A stretch of 63,982 nt of DNA, the filler included, from Sphacelaria rigidula (lineage: Eukaryota), in assembly GCA_964200075.2 (NCBI GenBank). It is 3 parts of 3 records of this genome, joined end to end, with 100 filler letters (N's around TTAATTAATTAA, not from the genome) between each part and the next. Parts side by side here need not be neighbours in the genome. Positions count along the whole stretch, not along the records: positions 1 to 21,583 come from CAXNAA020000405.1; 2 more parts are not named here. One strand, 5' to 3'. Positions 1 through 13,730 of the stretch are shown piece after piece; position 1 is the first letter of the stretch, and each line of letters opens with the position of its first letter. Below the pieces are notes generated by a model that was given only the letters and a program-made list of their open reading frames with translations, ran no database searches and had not been told where the DNA came from. The position numbers and the translations under genes were made by a program.

Positions 1-599
1 GATTGTCCGACCCGAAGCCTACTGATTATCTTGCATTTGGGTGACAGCCAACAATGAGTTGCTTTATTTTTCTGGTATCGGCACTTCCAGAGACAGCCAT
101 GGCTTATACACTGCCTCATGGGTGTCTAACCAGTTGTCGCAGTATCACTTGGCTGCCTATTTATTCCATGTTGAAAACCGCCTCGGCAGCCCCTCTCGGA
201 TGGCTTGCGTAGTGCCGGTGTGGATAGTAGCGGTGGTCTTAAGGCGCGACTGCTTTTGGGTGTCGGTGGAAGCAATGAATGGGTCGCTAGCGATAATAGG
301 ATGACACATATGTCGAATTGATATTCATGTAAGACCTATCGCGTCTTGTGCCGTTTTTCGGCCCACCGGCATAAATTTGCTGGCGCGGGCATATGGAGTG
401 TTTGCATCCCTGCGAGAATGTTCCACTTGAGCTGGCTGCGCTCTTCTTACTCAGTGCTTGATAGCACCACTTCCGGTTGGCGTTTTTCTGCATTTTAGCA
501 CAACGAAGTATGATTGGCAACGTTCATCTTCAATTCACAACCTCAAAAGTCCCGGCAGCACATGTTCGGCCAATGGTACAACGATAATCGAGCCTTTCG

Positions 600-1150
600 A
601 ATCATAATACGACACGTAATGGACGTTTGAGTTGTCCTCGCCCGACAGAAATGGCATGGTGTTCGAAGTGCGTGGGACATGAACATGCCGGCAGTGCCAC
701 GGCTATCTCTCTCAACGAAGTGCGAGCCGTCATTGACAAATCCCAACTCAGGACACGAAGGTTCCCGTAAAAGCTTCTGCATGCATCGGCAGCCTGGCGC
801 TGCAACTGCACGCCTCGGGCGTCCCTGTGGACGCGCATGACCCCGAGGGAATTCGAGGTACCCACCGGTACACTTGGCGTGAGAAGGTGGGGTCCCCCTC
901 CTTGTATGTGCTTGCAGGAATGCGATAATTTGGTGAAGGACTAAGACATGAACACCTTGGAGCAACACACAAGAAACAACAAACAAGCGTCTCGCGGTAT
1001 AACCATCCCAACATGGCACGCCATCTTCAACACGAGCGTCTGGCCCTCACACTACACTGAGCGGCAGTGCCTCGTGGCGAATGATCACGTGCCCCATCAG
1101 GTGGTACAGAACAGTCGGGATGCCCTTTCGAGCCACCATTTTTCATGGCC
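600..1150 (-). pseudogene. Possible decayed Mutator/MULE-like transposase fragment
   Basis: Minus-strand frames contain 'PVGTSNSLG', which resembles the MULE TxNxxE catalytic motif, followed by 'LPACSCPTHFEHHAI', which resembles the CxC start of a SWIM finger. Flanking frames are broken by stops. Motif resemblance only. Confidence 0.25.
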
Positions 1151-4100
1151 CTTCGCCATTCACGGTAAGTTTCGTGCGCATCTCTTCGTGCCACTTTCAA
1201 TAATGACTAAAGCTCTTGCCCATTGATGGACACCATCAGTTGCACGAGCTTTTTTGCGGGTGGGATTACAAATCCGTCTCCTCTTTGGATGTAGGGGCAA
1301 GTTCCTCGAAGTCAAGGCGGGGCGCCAACAACATATTCACGTCGACAGTAATGGAAGTGGAGGGCGGTGGTGTGACGAGTGCGATCATTATGTTGGAACG
1401 GAGGCCAGCAGTGCGTGCACCGGAGGGATCTATGACTGACGAGTCGTCGCGCCCGTCCCTCAGCCATAGCACTACGAGCTGGGCCGGATTTAAGCTCTCA
1501 AAGCAATATGTCATCGACATAGACGACTTTCGCCGTGATCTGCATATTGTATTAATCGTCTGATCATGGGGAAGGTGCCCATGTGCTCAGAAGTCTGGGC
1601 CATTTTTTCTCGTTGATAAAATCCCATGTCTAGTAATTCCTACAACGTACGGTGATAGCGTCCATACTAAAGTGTAGATGGAACCCCGAACGAGATGTAC
1701 CGCGGATGATAGCGATTTTTGGTGTAAACATTCCCTGAAGCACGGGGAAACGATTAATACCTCCACTTTTGTCTGATTCGTTACTTGTCTCGAGATATGG
1801 CGCACATAAGTTTATACACTAAAATCAATATATTTCAAGCGGAGGCACTTGATGCACTAAATTTGGATATTGCGTCTTAGTTTTTGAGAGTTGTGCTTTG
1901 AACTTTGTGTGGAGAATCGCTACTGCATGATGGAGAAAAAAATCATCGTTTTTCGATTTTCTTCATTTTTTTCCCATTTTTCTTGTTTTTTCAGGGAAGT
2001 TTCAAAGGAAAATGGACAGTGCTCTCGGACCTCATCTCGGTTTTCCAACTTAATTTTGACAATTGAGATTTGAATCTTCCCATGGAGAACTGCAAAGGCA
2101 TGCCGACGAAGAAAAATGGGCCGTTCATTTTTTTTTTTTTTCGGGAGAGGTACGGGCCCTCTCGTGAAAATATTGTCTTCACTATACTCAAGCGTCCTAT
2201 GCGAGTGACGAAATATTTTGTCAACCTTTCGCACTTTTTTTGGTCGGTTATGGCCTAGCGAGGTCCCACACAAAGATTCAAGGCACAAGTACCACACCTG
2301 GGCCGTCACGGTGTTTTCCTGATATCTAGATACTGATTATTGCCCTTAACTCACGGGAAAAAAAAAAAAAAACTTTGCGTCCCGAGCGACAGCGTTTTAG
2401 CATGCCCTATTCTTCCTCCCTACCAAATTTCGAAGTCTAGGGGCCTGTCTTAGCACGTGTGTTTTCGATCAAAAAAATGAGGCGGTGGAATTGATTTGAG
2501 CGGAAATTTCTGGTCTCGATGCAGTTGGGTCCGGATGGATTCTCAAGCTTTCGATCGAACAAAGACAGTGAAATTCGTGAAACAGTACATGGTCACTCCT
2601 GTACAGTACAGGCAGTCTTGAGTGCGAACTGCTTGCAAGCAGGGTGTCTTGAGTGCGTGTGTGTGTGTGTTTCGTGCAGGAGGATATAAAGGAGAAGCGG
2701 GCAACGTGCAGTGCAGAGAGCCCAGGACTATCAGTTCTCTCTGCTTACAATGCGACGTGACAAGAACTTCAGCAACGTGCAGCTTTGTACTGCCTGCACT
2801 GTCCGTGAGCGTGCACGCAACTCGGTTGCCCACCGTACCACGCAGTGCCGTCCCTGATGCCTACCATGAGAGAAGATGCGAAGTTTTGGCCAACCAAGAA
2901 TAAACAAAGTACACCCAACTACTGCAGTGTATCTATTCCTGTGCTCAAATCGTGCTTTATGCTGCAGGGTTGCGGTGGTAACTGAGATTGAGTTGGATGG
3001 AGTTTGCATGGCCCTGTGAGCAGGTGCTATTTGGCGTGGTGGTCTGTAAGATGAGTCAAGTGCCGCTTCGTGCCTTTTGACCGCATGTTTTCGATCGAAA
3101 ACGGTTGTTTTTTACCTTGTTGCATTCTTGTCCGCGCGCCGCGTATTATAATTTTGAGTTGAAGCCTTCAAGGAACATAAATGCGGTGGACCTATCAGAT
3201 CGGCAAAAAAAATCCACCGCACTTTTTCGATCGAAAAAAAAGTGCCAAGACAGGCCCTAACTCGCAAAATTGAGGTAAGACGGGGTCTGAAAACCACAGA
3301 TTCGCGTCTTGGCAGGCCCAGCCTGTAGTATGTCGCAAACCTTTTGACCACGTCAACTTGATGTCAAAATTCCTCCCGGGCGTCCATGTCCAACCGACGT
3401 CCATGAATCGACGCCCACGGCCATGGTAATAACGGTTGCAAGACCCGCCCCTCTTTGTACCCCATGCGTGGAACCTCCCCAAGGATACCCGGAGGACTGT
3501 CAAGTTGCTTTTTTCGGCAAACAAAAAATAGACTGTAAAACTGCCTTTTTCGTCCTTCTCCGACGTTTTACGCGGGCAGATACGGTTAGAAAAAGGGCTA
3601 GGCTTATTTTTGACACCTCGGACTGACTTGCTTCACTCGTGGAGAGGGTTCCAAGGCATCTTCACGCTTTCTGGTGGGTCCAGTTTTTGTGACCGAACAA
3701 GCACTCTCGTCCGGAGGTCAAGTCCAGAGAGAAATAGCGAATGTTGCGAGCTTCGACCGTTCTCGACTTGTCTTGGACAAAAATGCAAGTTTGGCAACAA
3801 AAAAAAAACTACGGGCACCGGAAGACGCGAAGACGTCCTGCAACCATCTCAGTGAGTGGAGCACATCATTCGAAGGTGTCAAACTCCGCCTGTTTATCTT
3901 TTCAGGGAGAATCAGGAATGACCAAGCCAGCATATTTACAGGATATTTTTTGTTCGCCATGAGAAGCGGCCTCAGCGCCCGAATACTTGTGAAAAAATAT
4001 GATGCAGCTGCCTGGGAGCGGTCACCTTCGAGGCCTTCTTCAGGGAGGTTCATGACCGGGAGTTGAGGAAGGAATGTAAGGGCGATCACCTTGGTGTCGG

Positions 4101-4347
4101 GAGGCATCATCCAGAACGTTCTGTGGTTGGAGGCTAACCCAAAGGACCGTTTGAATCTTCACCGATGAAGAGGGGTCGCTGGACATAATTGTACACGGAT
4201 GGAACATTACATTACCTCCTTACCCCTGAGAGGCAGCAGTCGACGTTGTTGTTCAAGTGCCCCACTTTCTCAGATGGGAAATTATGATTGAACTATTTTG
4301 GGGGGGTGTTGTCCGTGCAGTGCCTGCCGTGGACCTTTCACCGTAGT

Positions 4348-4382
<35 letters not shown>

Positions 4383-4656
4383 ACCCCCCTCCGCCCCGCC
4401 CCTGCTACCGTCGGGGACCCGCCGCNNNNNNNNNNAAATATTTTTTGAATTTTTTGGGGGGGGTGTTGGCGGGGCGGGCCCTCCGGGGGCCCTTTCCCCC
4501 GAGCCCCCCCCCCCCCCCCCCCCCCGAACATACAGGAGTAGGAACGGTGCTCTGTCTCGATAGGGATGCGCGGTCAACGGTGAAATGACTTAAGGCAAGC
4601 AATAATGAGTACGCCCCAAACACACCCTGAAATCGGTTGCTATGGCACACACCTTC

Positions 4657-4908
4657 GACACTTTCTACGATAGCCCCCACCCCCAAAACCAGCCCAAAAG
4701 TGTCGCGAAAAAAATGATCATACAGCGCCTGATGTTTGAGCTCTGGCTGCATGAAGCGCCTCATATGGGCCATATTGGCGAGAACGAACCCAAGGGTGGG
4801 GATTCTCAGCTGCTCTTTGTGCCCGACCTCTTCCATTTCAATTAACATGGAGATTTTGTCTCACCGAATCAGGCCTTTTTTTAGGGGGGGGCTATCGTAG
4901 AAAGTGTA
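4657..4908. mobile_element. MITE, about 250 bp, with terminal inverted repeat (TIR) GACACTTTCTACGATAGCCCCC
   Basis: The ends are inverted repeats: gacactttctacgatagccccc ... gggggctatcgtagaaagtgt. A homologous copy in opposite orientation lies at 23738-23959, and fragments occur near 8570-8950. Confidence 0.75.
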
Positions 4909-5821
4909 CTTGATAATTTGCGCGTCAAATGACTGGCTGCTCTTTGCAGAGTATTTGTACCTCTATAATCCAAGTTACGAGAGTGGTACCGCAATAGCCC
5001 CCACCCCCCTTAACGGGTTTCACTGCCGCGAAGAAATGGCCATACAGCTCACCCAGACTGTGGGTGGGTGATGCCTCCGTAGCTGTCATGAGGTGGAGAG
5101 GCGGTCGCAGTATCCCCTTCCCAGACCCGCGGATCACGTGGTTTGTGCATATCAAGGGTTTCCAGTAGTAGCATAGTCACCGAGATGTCAAGATTTTGGG
5201 TCTGACCAGAAGGCAGATCAGATGGATGTTTTTATTGTGTCCCCGCCGCTGTTCTGTGTACTGTTATTGCCTTACACCGGCCTTCCTTCACCGTAAATTG
5301 AGTCCAAGGCGCTTCTTTTGGTATCATATTTGCATCTAGTGTCCGTTTTATCCGTTTACTCTAGATGAAAATGGCACAGCCCAGTAGAGCCACCTCATCC
5401 CCCGCCCCCACCAGCCCCAGGTCCGGCCACCGCAAGTCTTCTGCTCAACATGATACTACACAACTGACCCCCCAGGTCTCTGCAGGACATTAACACGAGG
5501 CTGTTGTGCCTACGGTCGGCTCCCCTCACACTCGTAAATCGATGCGCTGCGCTCTTCGTGTCGGGGATGGTCCCATCGCGGCTGCACCTTTTGAGGCACC
5601 CCGTTCCATGACACTCGTGCAGTCGAAGCGTTACGCTCCTCGTGTCGGGCCTGATCCCACGGCGATACAATCTGTACCTGCCCCGGCTGTTTCAGCTCCT
5701 TCGACGCAAAGTTAGAAGCGCGATGCTACGCATCTTGGGTCGGCGACGCCAGCAATGCCGCCGGCATTTGCCTCGTCTTCCGTACCCCCATTCCCATGTC
5801 CGACAAATCCGTCGCACCCCG

Positions 5822-6360
5822 ACCCTTCTGGTGATTCCAATATCCCAACAGCGCCACTGGCCACAGGTTTCGAACAATTGCTTCGTCCCTCGCCGGATGT
5901 CGTGTCCGATGATTCGGCGTCGAAACCTCTCTCGCACGCGCTCGCCGCCGCCTTTCGAGCCGCTGCCTCGCATCCGGTTTCCTTCGCTCATCTCCATTTT
6001 GAGCACCTGCACAACACATGACCTCTGGGTCTGCGCATGTTGCAACTCACAACACTGCGTTGCGTCCGGATTCTCGCCCAGGGTCGAGGTATGTTGATGA
6101 CACTTTCCGTCCATCTCCGAAGTATCAAGATTGGTTGCACGCCTCCGTGCGCCATGACACATTGGTAGATCAGGATGGCCCCACCGCTCACGTAGCTCGT
6201 AATGGTGCCAATAACAGCAGTGAACAGAGGCATAGCCTTCACCCGGACCATGGCGTCGTACCCTTTTCGACTGACAGTCTCCCAGCCGGCGAGGGACCAG
6301 GCAGTTGTTCGAAACCTGTGGCCAGTGGCACTGTTGTGATAATGGAATCACCATAAGGGT
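5822..6360. repeat. Inverted repeat, arms about 75 bp (5822-5896 / 6286-6360)
   Basis: acccttctggtgattccaatatcccaacagcgccactggccacaggtttcgaacaa... matches the reverse complement of 6286-6360 with scattered mismatches. Confidence 0.9.
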
Positions 6361-6373
6361 TGGGGTGAGACGG

Positions 6374-6973
6374 CGATCGCGCATATAGTGCTCACCGCCG
6401 TCGAACTGATCGCGAAGCCCCGTCCCGCCCGGATTCCGCCACCATACGTGCTGTCGAACAACCAATCGTGGATCTACAGCACTATCTACGCTGGGCGATC
6501 ATAATGGACCACCTGGTGCCTTCGACTTCAACGCCCCCTTCGGCCGCCGCCGCTGGCGACATGGACGCCGAGAGTGTCCGCACTCCTGGCTAATTGCCGT
6601 TCCCTGCAGCTGCGCCAGCCATTGCTTCGGCAGCTGTCTCCGAGCCTTCGGGGATGACCGCCGCACCCTGGGAGACTGTAGCCATGCCACCGGCAGTTGC
6701 CGCGCCTCCGACGGCTCCGTGAAAGACAATTGGCTATGAGTACGGACACTCTCGACGTCCATGTCGCCAGCGGCGGCGGTAGCGGCGGCGGCGGTGGCGG
6801 CGGCCGAAGGGGACGCTGAAGTCGAAGGCGCCAGGTGGTCCATTGTGATCGCCCAGCGTAGATAGTGCTGTAGATCCATGATGGGTTGTTCGACAGCATG
6901 TATGGTGGCGGAATCCGGGCGGGACGGGGCTTCGCGATCAGTTCGACGGCGGTGAACGCTACATGCGCGATCG
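6374..6973. repeat. Long inverted repeat, arms about 225-245 bp (6374-6597 / 6728-6973), spacer about 130 bp
   Basis: The left arm (caccgccgtcgaactgatcgcgaagccccgtcccgcccggattccgccaccatac...) is the reverse complement of the right arm. The right arm has an expanded GCG tract. Confidence 0.92.
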
Positions 6974-9125
6974 TTGGTCAATGTCGGGTCGATGGGGAAC
7001 AGAGAGCTTTGTGACATCTGGTCATGGGGTCTCGCCATTGAGGACCCAGAAGTTGATGAACCCAACAATACAGTTTGTGCATCATGAGCATGTCGCCGTC
7101 ACCTGACGAAAAGCCTGATGGAGACAAACTTCTTTATCTTGACCTCCCCCGTGATGTTCAGGGACATGACGCTAAATCCCGCGTCTCTATGCACCGTTGC
7201 ATACCTTGCAAGCACCCGCATGACACTAGTGATTGGCCCAAATATCTATCTGCCGGTCTCACCCAATACGTGCTCAACAGCTGTTCGACCAAGTCAACGC
7301 TCTATCAGGTTACCACCGACAACATGACCGATTAACCTCTCCACCTGGCTGTGTTCCATTCCGCTGGTCACCAGATTACTCGCTGTCGAGGAGGTAACAT
7401 TGCTGTCATGAAAAAATCCACTGGCGACGCCTTCGGAGCGCGTCCTGGGAATGCGAACCAGACCTTTAGTTACACCGCCGTGCTTTCCTTTTATACATCG
7501 GTTTCCGCTGCTCAGGAGAGAAAAATTTCAAGACACCAACGCCTACAACAGACTACAAACGGAGCTTATTCGGAGCACAACCAGCAGACCAAGAACGGAG
7601 CTTGCCTGAACCACCTTCATCCACGACTACCGGAGTTTCTCGTATTCACACTTTTGACTCGTATGGCTGACGCTGGACCCCTTTGAGTATTTGAATTTCT
7701 TATTCCCTTGCATTCTTCGGTTTGGCCCAACATGCATTCGTCGCATGTGATATGCATTTTGGCGATTGAGTTTGGTATCACCCACGTAGACGTTGTGCCC
7801 CCTGCTCCGCCTTCCGGTTTGCCTCTCCACGTGGCAAGTGCGTCGAAGCATTCTTTCCGCCCGTTTGTGCTCGCTAGCCCGCAGAAGCATTCTGCGCTCC
7901 TGCGTATTCAAGCGCAATTGCGCTTTCTGAAGCAGCTTATGCTTCTCTTGTTTGGGGTGTAGGAGGATCTGCCTTTCTCGCCACTCATGAGTTCACGAGT
8001 GAAGAAAAGCCTCAGTTTTCGTTGATTTCGACATCATTCATCGCAACTTTAATAGAGGCTCGTCTGGGTGGGCTGGTGTCATGAGATGGAGAAGCGGTCG
8101 TAGTCTCCCCTTCCCAGACCCGTGGGTCACGTGGTTTGTGCATATCAAGGGTCTCCACTAGCAGCATAATCATCGAGATTTTAAGATCTCGGGTCTGACC
8201 AGTAGGCAGATCAGATAAATGTCCCCCAGGCCCAAGAAGCGGAATCGCCTCGGTCGGGGATGGAGGCTCGATGAAGGCAGGTGGGGTCCCCACCCCACCT
8301 TGCCCACTCTTCTGAGCTTGAACATTCTTCTGTATCAATCGCTTCTGGCGATTTGGTGGGTGCGAGTGAGAGCTAGGAGCGAGTACAATCAAACAAAGCT
8401 ACAACACGATTGAGCTTCCTGTCTAATCAATAGGCACGTACACCTACCGCGTAGACTGAAAATATGGAAGAGAAGTACAGAGTGTCATATACTATTTGTT
8501 AATAATTAACTTTATTGGGGATCGCTTCGTGCGGGTACACAAGAGAGTGGTATCCCGCCCCGTCTCCATTACATAGCCCCCCTACGAGAAGGGGCTGGTT
8601 TGAGGGGGCATAATCGACATGCGGATACAAAAGCAAAACCCGAGCACACCGAGCAACAGGAAACTCCCACGCGCAGAATCGTTCACGCTAATGTCGACCA
8701 TATGAAGCGCTTCATCGTGCAGTCTAAAAGCCAGCCATCATGCGCTGTATGACCACTTTTTTCGTAACAGTGTCAGGGTTGGTTCGGAGGGGGAACTATC
8801 GCGGAATCACTCGTTTGATAAAGCAGGCCTTGGAATTTATCAAGCTACAACCTATTTTGAAGAATGAAGATGAAACTATTATGGTTTCAGAAACACCTCA
8901 CATGTAGATTTTGCCTTGGTCCCCCTGACACTCTCCTGACGGGGGGCTATCGAGGCTTCACTCCCGAGAAGGTTTTATGAGGGTCATGCCATAAAACATG
9001 TGTCCACTAATATGTCATCGCGCTACCATAGCTGAAGCAGTGTTTCTAATAGGGGTGAGGGCGCATAGCTGCACGCTACCACTCCGTACCTGAATTTTTC
9101 TCTCTGCTTTTCATTTCGTTGTTAA

Positions 9126-9230
9126 CCGTTTGCCTGCGAGAGTAGGTCACCTACTGAATCGGCATCAACATTCACTTGCCAAAAGCATGCGTGATCTAGA
9201 TGGACTACCCGCGCCGCGGTCTAAGGAGGG
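9126..9230. mobile_element. Diverged piggyBac-type mini-MITE (TTAA-flanked), inverted copy
   Basis: TTAA occurs at 9122-9125 and 9231-9234. The internal sequence is a reverse-complement homologue of 63115-63213. Confidence 0.6.
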
Positions 9231-12200
9231 TTAATACGTTCATTTTTTACCCGGCGGGTTCAATGTCATCAGATTGTTGCTCAGTGACCAACGGTGTCTA
9301 AGGCGGCCTGGAAAAAATTCCCGACCTCAAGACTTTGGAACAGAGGAAGGAAAGGATGGAAGGACAACATGATAGCTTGAGAGGCGAAGAGAGTTTATCC
9401 ATGTAAGCACGACGGACTTGAACAAATGGAATCGCCAGAGGACGAGAAAACTAAGTTGATTTCACCACGTTGAATCCCCCCTCCTTCCACATTACTGATA
9501 CCCTGAATCTGGTTCGTTGAAGTCTTACGACTTTTGAAGAGTATATCCAACTCGTTGAGGAGTTTTCTATCTATCTGCGTTCAAACGTGTTAAACCGTTA
9601 CCGTTCCTGGCGTTGATGTGATTCAGCAAAGTTTGTCTCGTGTGCCCCCACGAAATAAAGTAGTGATAGCTCTTCCACCGCGTTGACCGCCGTCCCGGTT
9701 GTTTGTATCCAGGAGTCAGCATCCAGGCGAAGAATTTTGATCAGCGTTTTACTCTGTTTCCCACGAGGGCGCGGTGTCGACAACGGTATGAGGACGGTTC
9801 TCAACGTCCGTAACTCTGGCCTCGTCCCTACACCCAAGAGATCGACACATGTTGCACCTGTTGAGTGGATTGGCATTGACGGTGGTTTTTGATGTACAAG
9901 GATCACACGGCCGGTACGTCGGAACCTTCTGGTGTACATCAACATCGACAAGCACAACAGTTACCGCGCTACCTTTGCACATCCGTCGTATTCATGTGTG
10001 CGGGATGCCATAACAGGACGTTGTGCCTCGTATGTGATGCCTACAGCAAACTCGCAGGCTACGTGGTGTGTACACGAAAGGGTACATTACACCCAGCGAG
10101 GTTGGCGCTCGCTCGTGACTATGATGGCAGGGATTGACGAATAACTTACATGCCATAAGAACTGTTTCATCGAACTGATATATGTGGCACGCACATAGCA
10201 TTTATAACTGTTATGACTGGCCCAAGGCGTCTGAGGCATCCGATATCCTAGGTTGACTTCACGAGATACTTTCCTCGTGACATCGGCCTCTGTCAGATTT
10301 GTCGAAGAGACGGGCGTCCGGTTTCGTGTGGTTCAGGTCCCCCCTCCATTTTCAAGATTCATGTACGTGGGAACTAGCGTGGCGCAATATTGAAGACGTC
10401 TAGACGCGAAAACTTCGAGTGCTGTGAGCACAACGCATTGCAGGCAAAGTATTCTGAACGCAAAATACGATGGAGGTAGGCGTGCGGGTGCACGCTCGTT
10501 CCGCTTGGGCATGGAGTATCTGACAGATCTGTCACGAGTTGTGGTGACGATGAAGTTTCGAAGGACCCAAGTATCGTGCCGATTTCAATGCAGCCAAGTT
10601 CACGAGGGTTTCCCGGCAGCGAGCGTGTAGTACTGTACCCTCGTAGGGCAAACAAGAGAGCCGGCGAGACCCCATCGATCGCAGATCTGAGTATACAGTA
10701 GATGCACACGATCGGCATTCTTGACACATGAAAACTAATAACGGCGATTACTGTCTCAAACTACAGAATCACGATAATTGCCAATTGCCGGGTAATTTAC
10801 AAGTTTCATATACAATACAGTACTACTGCACGACCACCGTCCGTTGTGGTCAACTGTACAGCACACTCTATTTTGTATGTTGTTGCGGAATAAGTTGAGT
10901 GATCCTGCCCATGCTTTTCACCAAAGATTATCGCCGGACACATTTTATGGGTATACAGGTTTTTCAGCTGTCATTTCTCTGTGATGCCTGCTGCATGCAG
11001 TACCTGTCAAACGATACTTGCTGCAGCTTACCTCGCAATTCTCTCTATTTTTGTGGTATCAGACAAGTCTCTCTGTGGGGTGCTGTAAAATGTCCAATAC
11101 GTGTGTTGGCGATTTTTCCTGTTTGGGGTTCAAAAAGTGGGTCAAACGTCCTAAAAGTGAACAATCTGTGGGCCAAAAATCTCTGTGCCATAATATCCGG
11201 CCTCTCAGACTGAAACCGAACGTAATTATATTTATATTTCTTTTTCATTTGACCGCAAGGCTTGATGGCCATCTGCTGTTACACCCGCATCGTCTTCCCC
11301 TCGTCGAAAAAACAGGACCAAACAACAAAAATACACACCAAACGCCCATGTCCCGCAAAATTGACTTACTGTAATATTCAGTAGCACCGTTGTAAACGTA
11401 CACACCAGAAAGGGCAACTTCGTGTTTTAAGGCGCGATTAGCAGGCCAACACCTCCGCACCACTAGAAGCAAAATACGTTCACGTCCGCCCCGTACTTCC
11501 CTGCTGTGTGAAGCTGTACTCTACTACACTGTACTGCGCTATACGGTGCTTTGCTGCTCTGATCTGCTGTGATGAAGCACCACTGTTATACGATGTCCAG
11601 CATGTACCACTACTCTCTGTGCTGTACTGCATCACCACTCACAGCCGTCCCATACCCCAGCACACATGCTGTTGCACTACTGTCTGTAGTACACTTTAGC
11701 AGAGTGTGCTAAGAAGATGGGATACGGACTACCTTCAACATAACGCATGTGCGAAGTACAGTGTGCCTAGATATCGCACTGCACTCCACCGTGCTGTGTC
11801 GTACTGTGAGAATGCTGCCCATGCTCTGACTGTTCTCGTGTACTCTGCGGTGAGGCACCGTGATTTGCAGTGGGTGTGGGTACATGAAAGCTGTGCGGTA
11901 GAAGCAAGATCGCGAGCATTAAAGCAAAGTGAATGCGCTACTGTAAAATGGTGAGAACAGCTCTAACTGCGATGGTGCCAAGCCACTACTTCGATTGCGT
12001 CAGCAGGTGGAATGCATTGCAGTGCGTTACCCAACTCTCTTTGGCGCGGGGGGTGGGGGGAAGGAGGGGGGCGGGGGGGGGGGAGGGCAGTCCCGCTGGT
12101 TATTGTGCACTGGTGTCAAGCTGCTGTCGTACTATTGTTTGCCCTCCGTGTTTTAAACGGCTGTAACAACACAAAATTCCTCCGCGTTTTATTACGCCGC

Positions 12201-13730
12201 GTTTCAGATACCCAGCGAAACCGTTAGTCGAGGGTCCCCGAAAATTTGGCTCTGCAGTATATTTTTGGCTGAGAGGAGAATAGATGATCGATCACCCTAG
12301 CACCCGCACGAGAGAGATAAACCCGGGCGTGTGCACAAACACACAAGCAGTAAGTGCGTCTCATCAGCACAGGTGAACAGCTCTCGACCAGCGAAGACCT
12401 TCGGATTATTGCACGATTGGGGGTGAGAAGCAAGTTGCGAAGCTGACTACCTCCGGGAAGCGTTGGTGTGTGGTGAGTTCCTCCCCTCTGTCGCTGGTTT
12501 GTGACGCTGCTGTCAGGGCACAGAAGTTGCGATACAGAAATTCGTGGGGGTTTCGCGATACGAGGAAGCGTTAGGTGCTCGTGGCGCACAGGATGCACCA
12601 GGATGCTTGCTGAGATCGTCTCCATGTGTGCGTCTCTGTCTTTCCGGCTTGCTCTCATTTTGTTGGTTTTTTCGTCTGTCTGTCTGTTCATCTGTCTTGT
12701 CTTTCTGTAATTGTCACTCGCGATATCCCCCACTCTTGTCCTGAGGGCATTCTCTAGCGACAGTTCTGTGAGAGGAGAGGAAGTTGGCGATGGGTCGGGT
12801 GTTTGGCTAGTCATGTTATCAAAACGCCGCAAAAAATATGTGACCATTTACTGCAAGTTCGTCCTCACCAGTGCGTCTGTCGTTGCGGAGTGTTTGCTGC
12901 ACTATACCCTGTAGCCCCCCCCCTCTAGGCATTCCTGCGCTGGGTATGCATTTGGCACGTTCGGTGCTCGACTGTGAGCGCGAAAAAGGAAAATCCCAAC
13001 CTCTCGTACTGTACTGTATCGACTCTGCTTTGTTCGATGTGCATAATCTGTAAGTGGAGTCAGTAAGACAGTATATTCAAAGAAGAAAAAAACATGGGTG
13101 AACAGCAAATTTGTTCCGCGCGCCCTCCTTGGAAGTAACTGGCTTGCCAGTTCGAGTAGCGCTTCATGTAGACCCATTTGGTTGGGTCGAGGCGACTGTG
13201 CTCGTGCTCACTTCCCTGTCAACTGTACGCGGCATTGTTTTTTCGCGACAGGCTGCTTTGAGCATGCGGGATCAAGTTAGCTGCCTCTGGTGGATATCTG
13301 TACTGTTGTACATGACCCCATCAATAATTGCGCGAGTTTTATTCTCTGGGAACAGGTGGCAGTCTACGGTTCAATTACGCGGACCCCTGAACCGACGTGA
13401 CAATCCATGAAAAGCCTCGAATGTCAAGATATACTCTATACTTTCGATGTGTATACATGTGCGCCCACGGAGGTCGAAGACAGACCCTGCGCAGGGTACG
13501 GCGGTGTCGAGCCGTGCAAAAGTGGAAAAGTGTGGACCCTCTTCAGTGTGCATATCTTCGTGACGCCGCCGCCGCCTTCACTTCTTGAAAAGCGCGATTC
13601 AGGCTACTCGTACGTCTAATAGATTGCGTACCCCCCCCGGCCCCGCCACCTCCCTTCCCCGCCCGCCCTCCCACCCCATACCCCCCCCGCCATCCTATCT
13701 ACTTTAGTCTGTGACTACAGCAATCAGATC

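Larger units (their letters stand above)
5084..8222 (+). mobile_element. Degenerate, internally deleted and rearranged Ty3/gypsy-type LTR retrotransposon
   Basis: Direct repeats beginning TGTCATGAG lie at 5084-~5228 and 8077-~8222 (putative LTRs). A PBS-like TGGTATCA sits at 5319-5326 and a G-rich tract precedes the second repeat. Positions 7075-7470 encode 'DKLLYLDLPRDV...RVSMHRCIPCKHPHDTSDWPKYLSAGLTQYVLN...GHQITRCRGGNIAVM', which I recognise as resembling the post-integrase/chromo-like tail of brown algal gypsy pol proteins; it is broken by stops and frameshifts. Confidence 0.65.

Noticed and set aside
4253-4588. Poly-Pro/poly-Gly ORFs around a poly-C run and a 10-N gap
   Set aside because: They arise from homopolymer and low-quality sequence at a gap, with no coding signal.
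5692-6465. 257-aa ORF with an internally repeated peptide (HWPQVSNNC)
   Set aside because: The peptide recurs on both strands because of the inverted repeat in the retroelement relic; it is not a host gene.
9300-10150. Weak transposase-like (IDKHNSYR, Cys cluster) and chromo-like (VMWKEGDSTW) fragments
   Set aside because: The motifs are too short, lie on different strands and are interrupted by stops; they cannot be supported without an HMM search.
11490-11960. TACTG/CTGTA-rich tract with Cys-rich ORFs
   Set aside because: Low-complexity repeat with no periodic unit or domain pattern.
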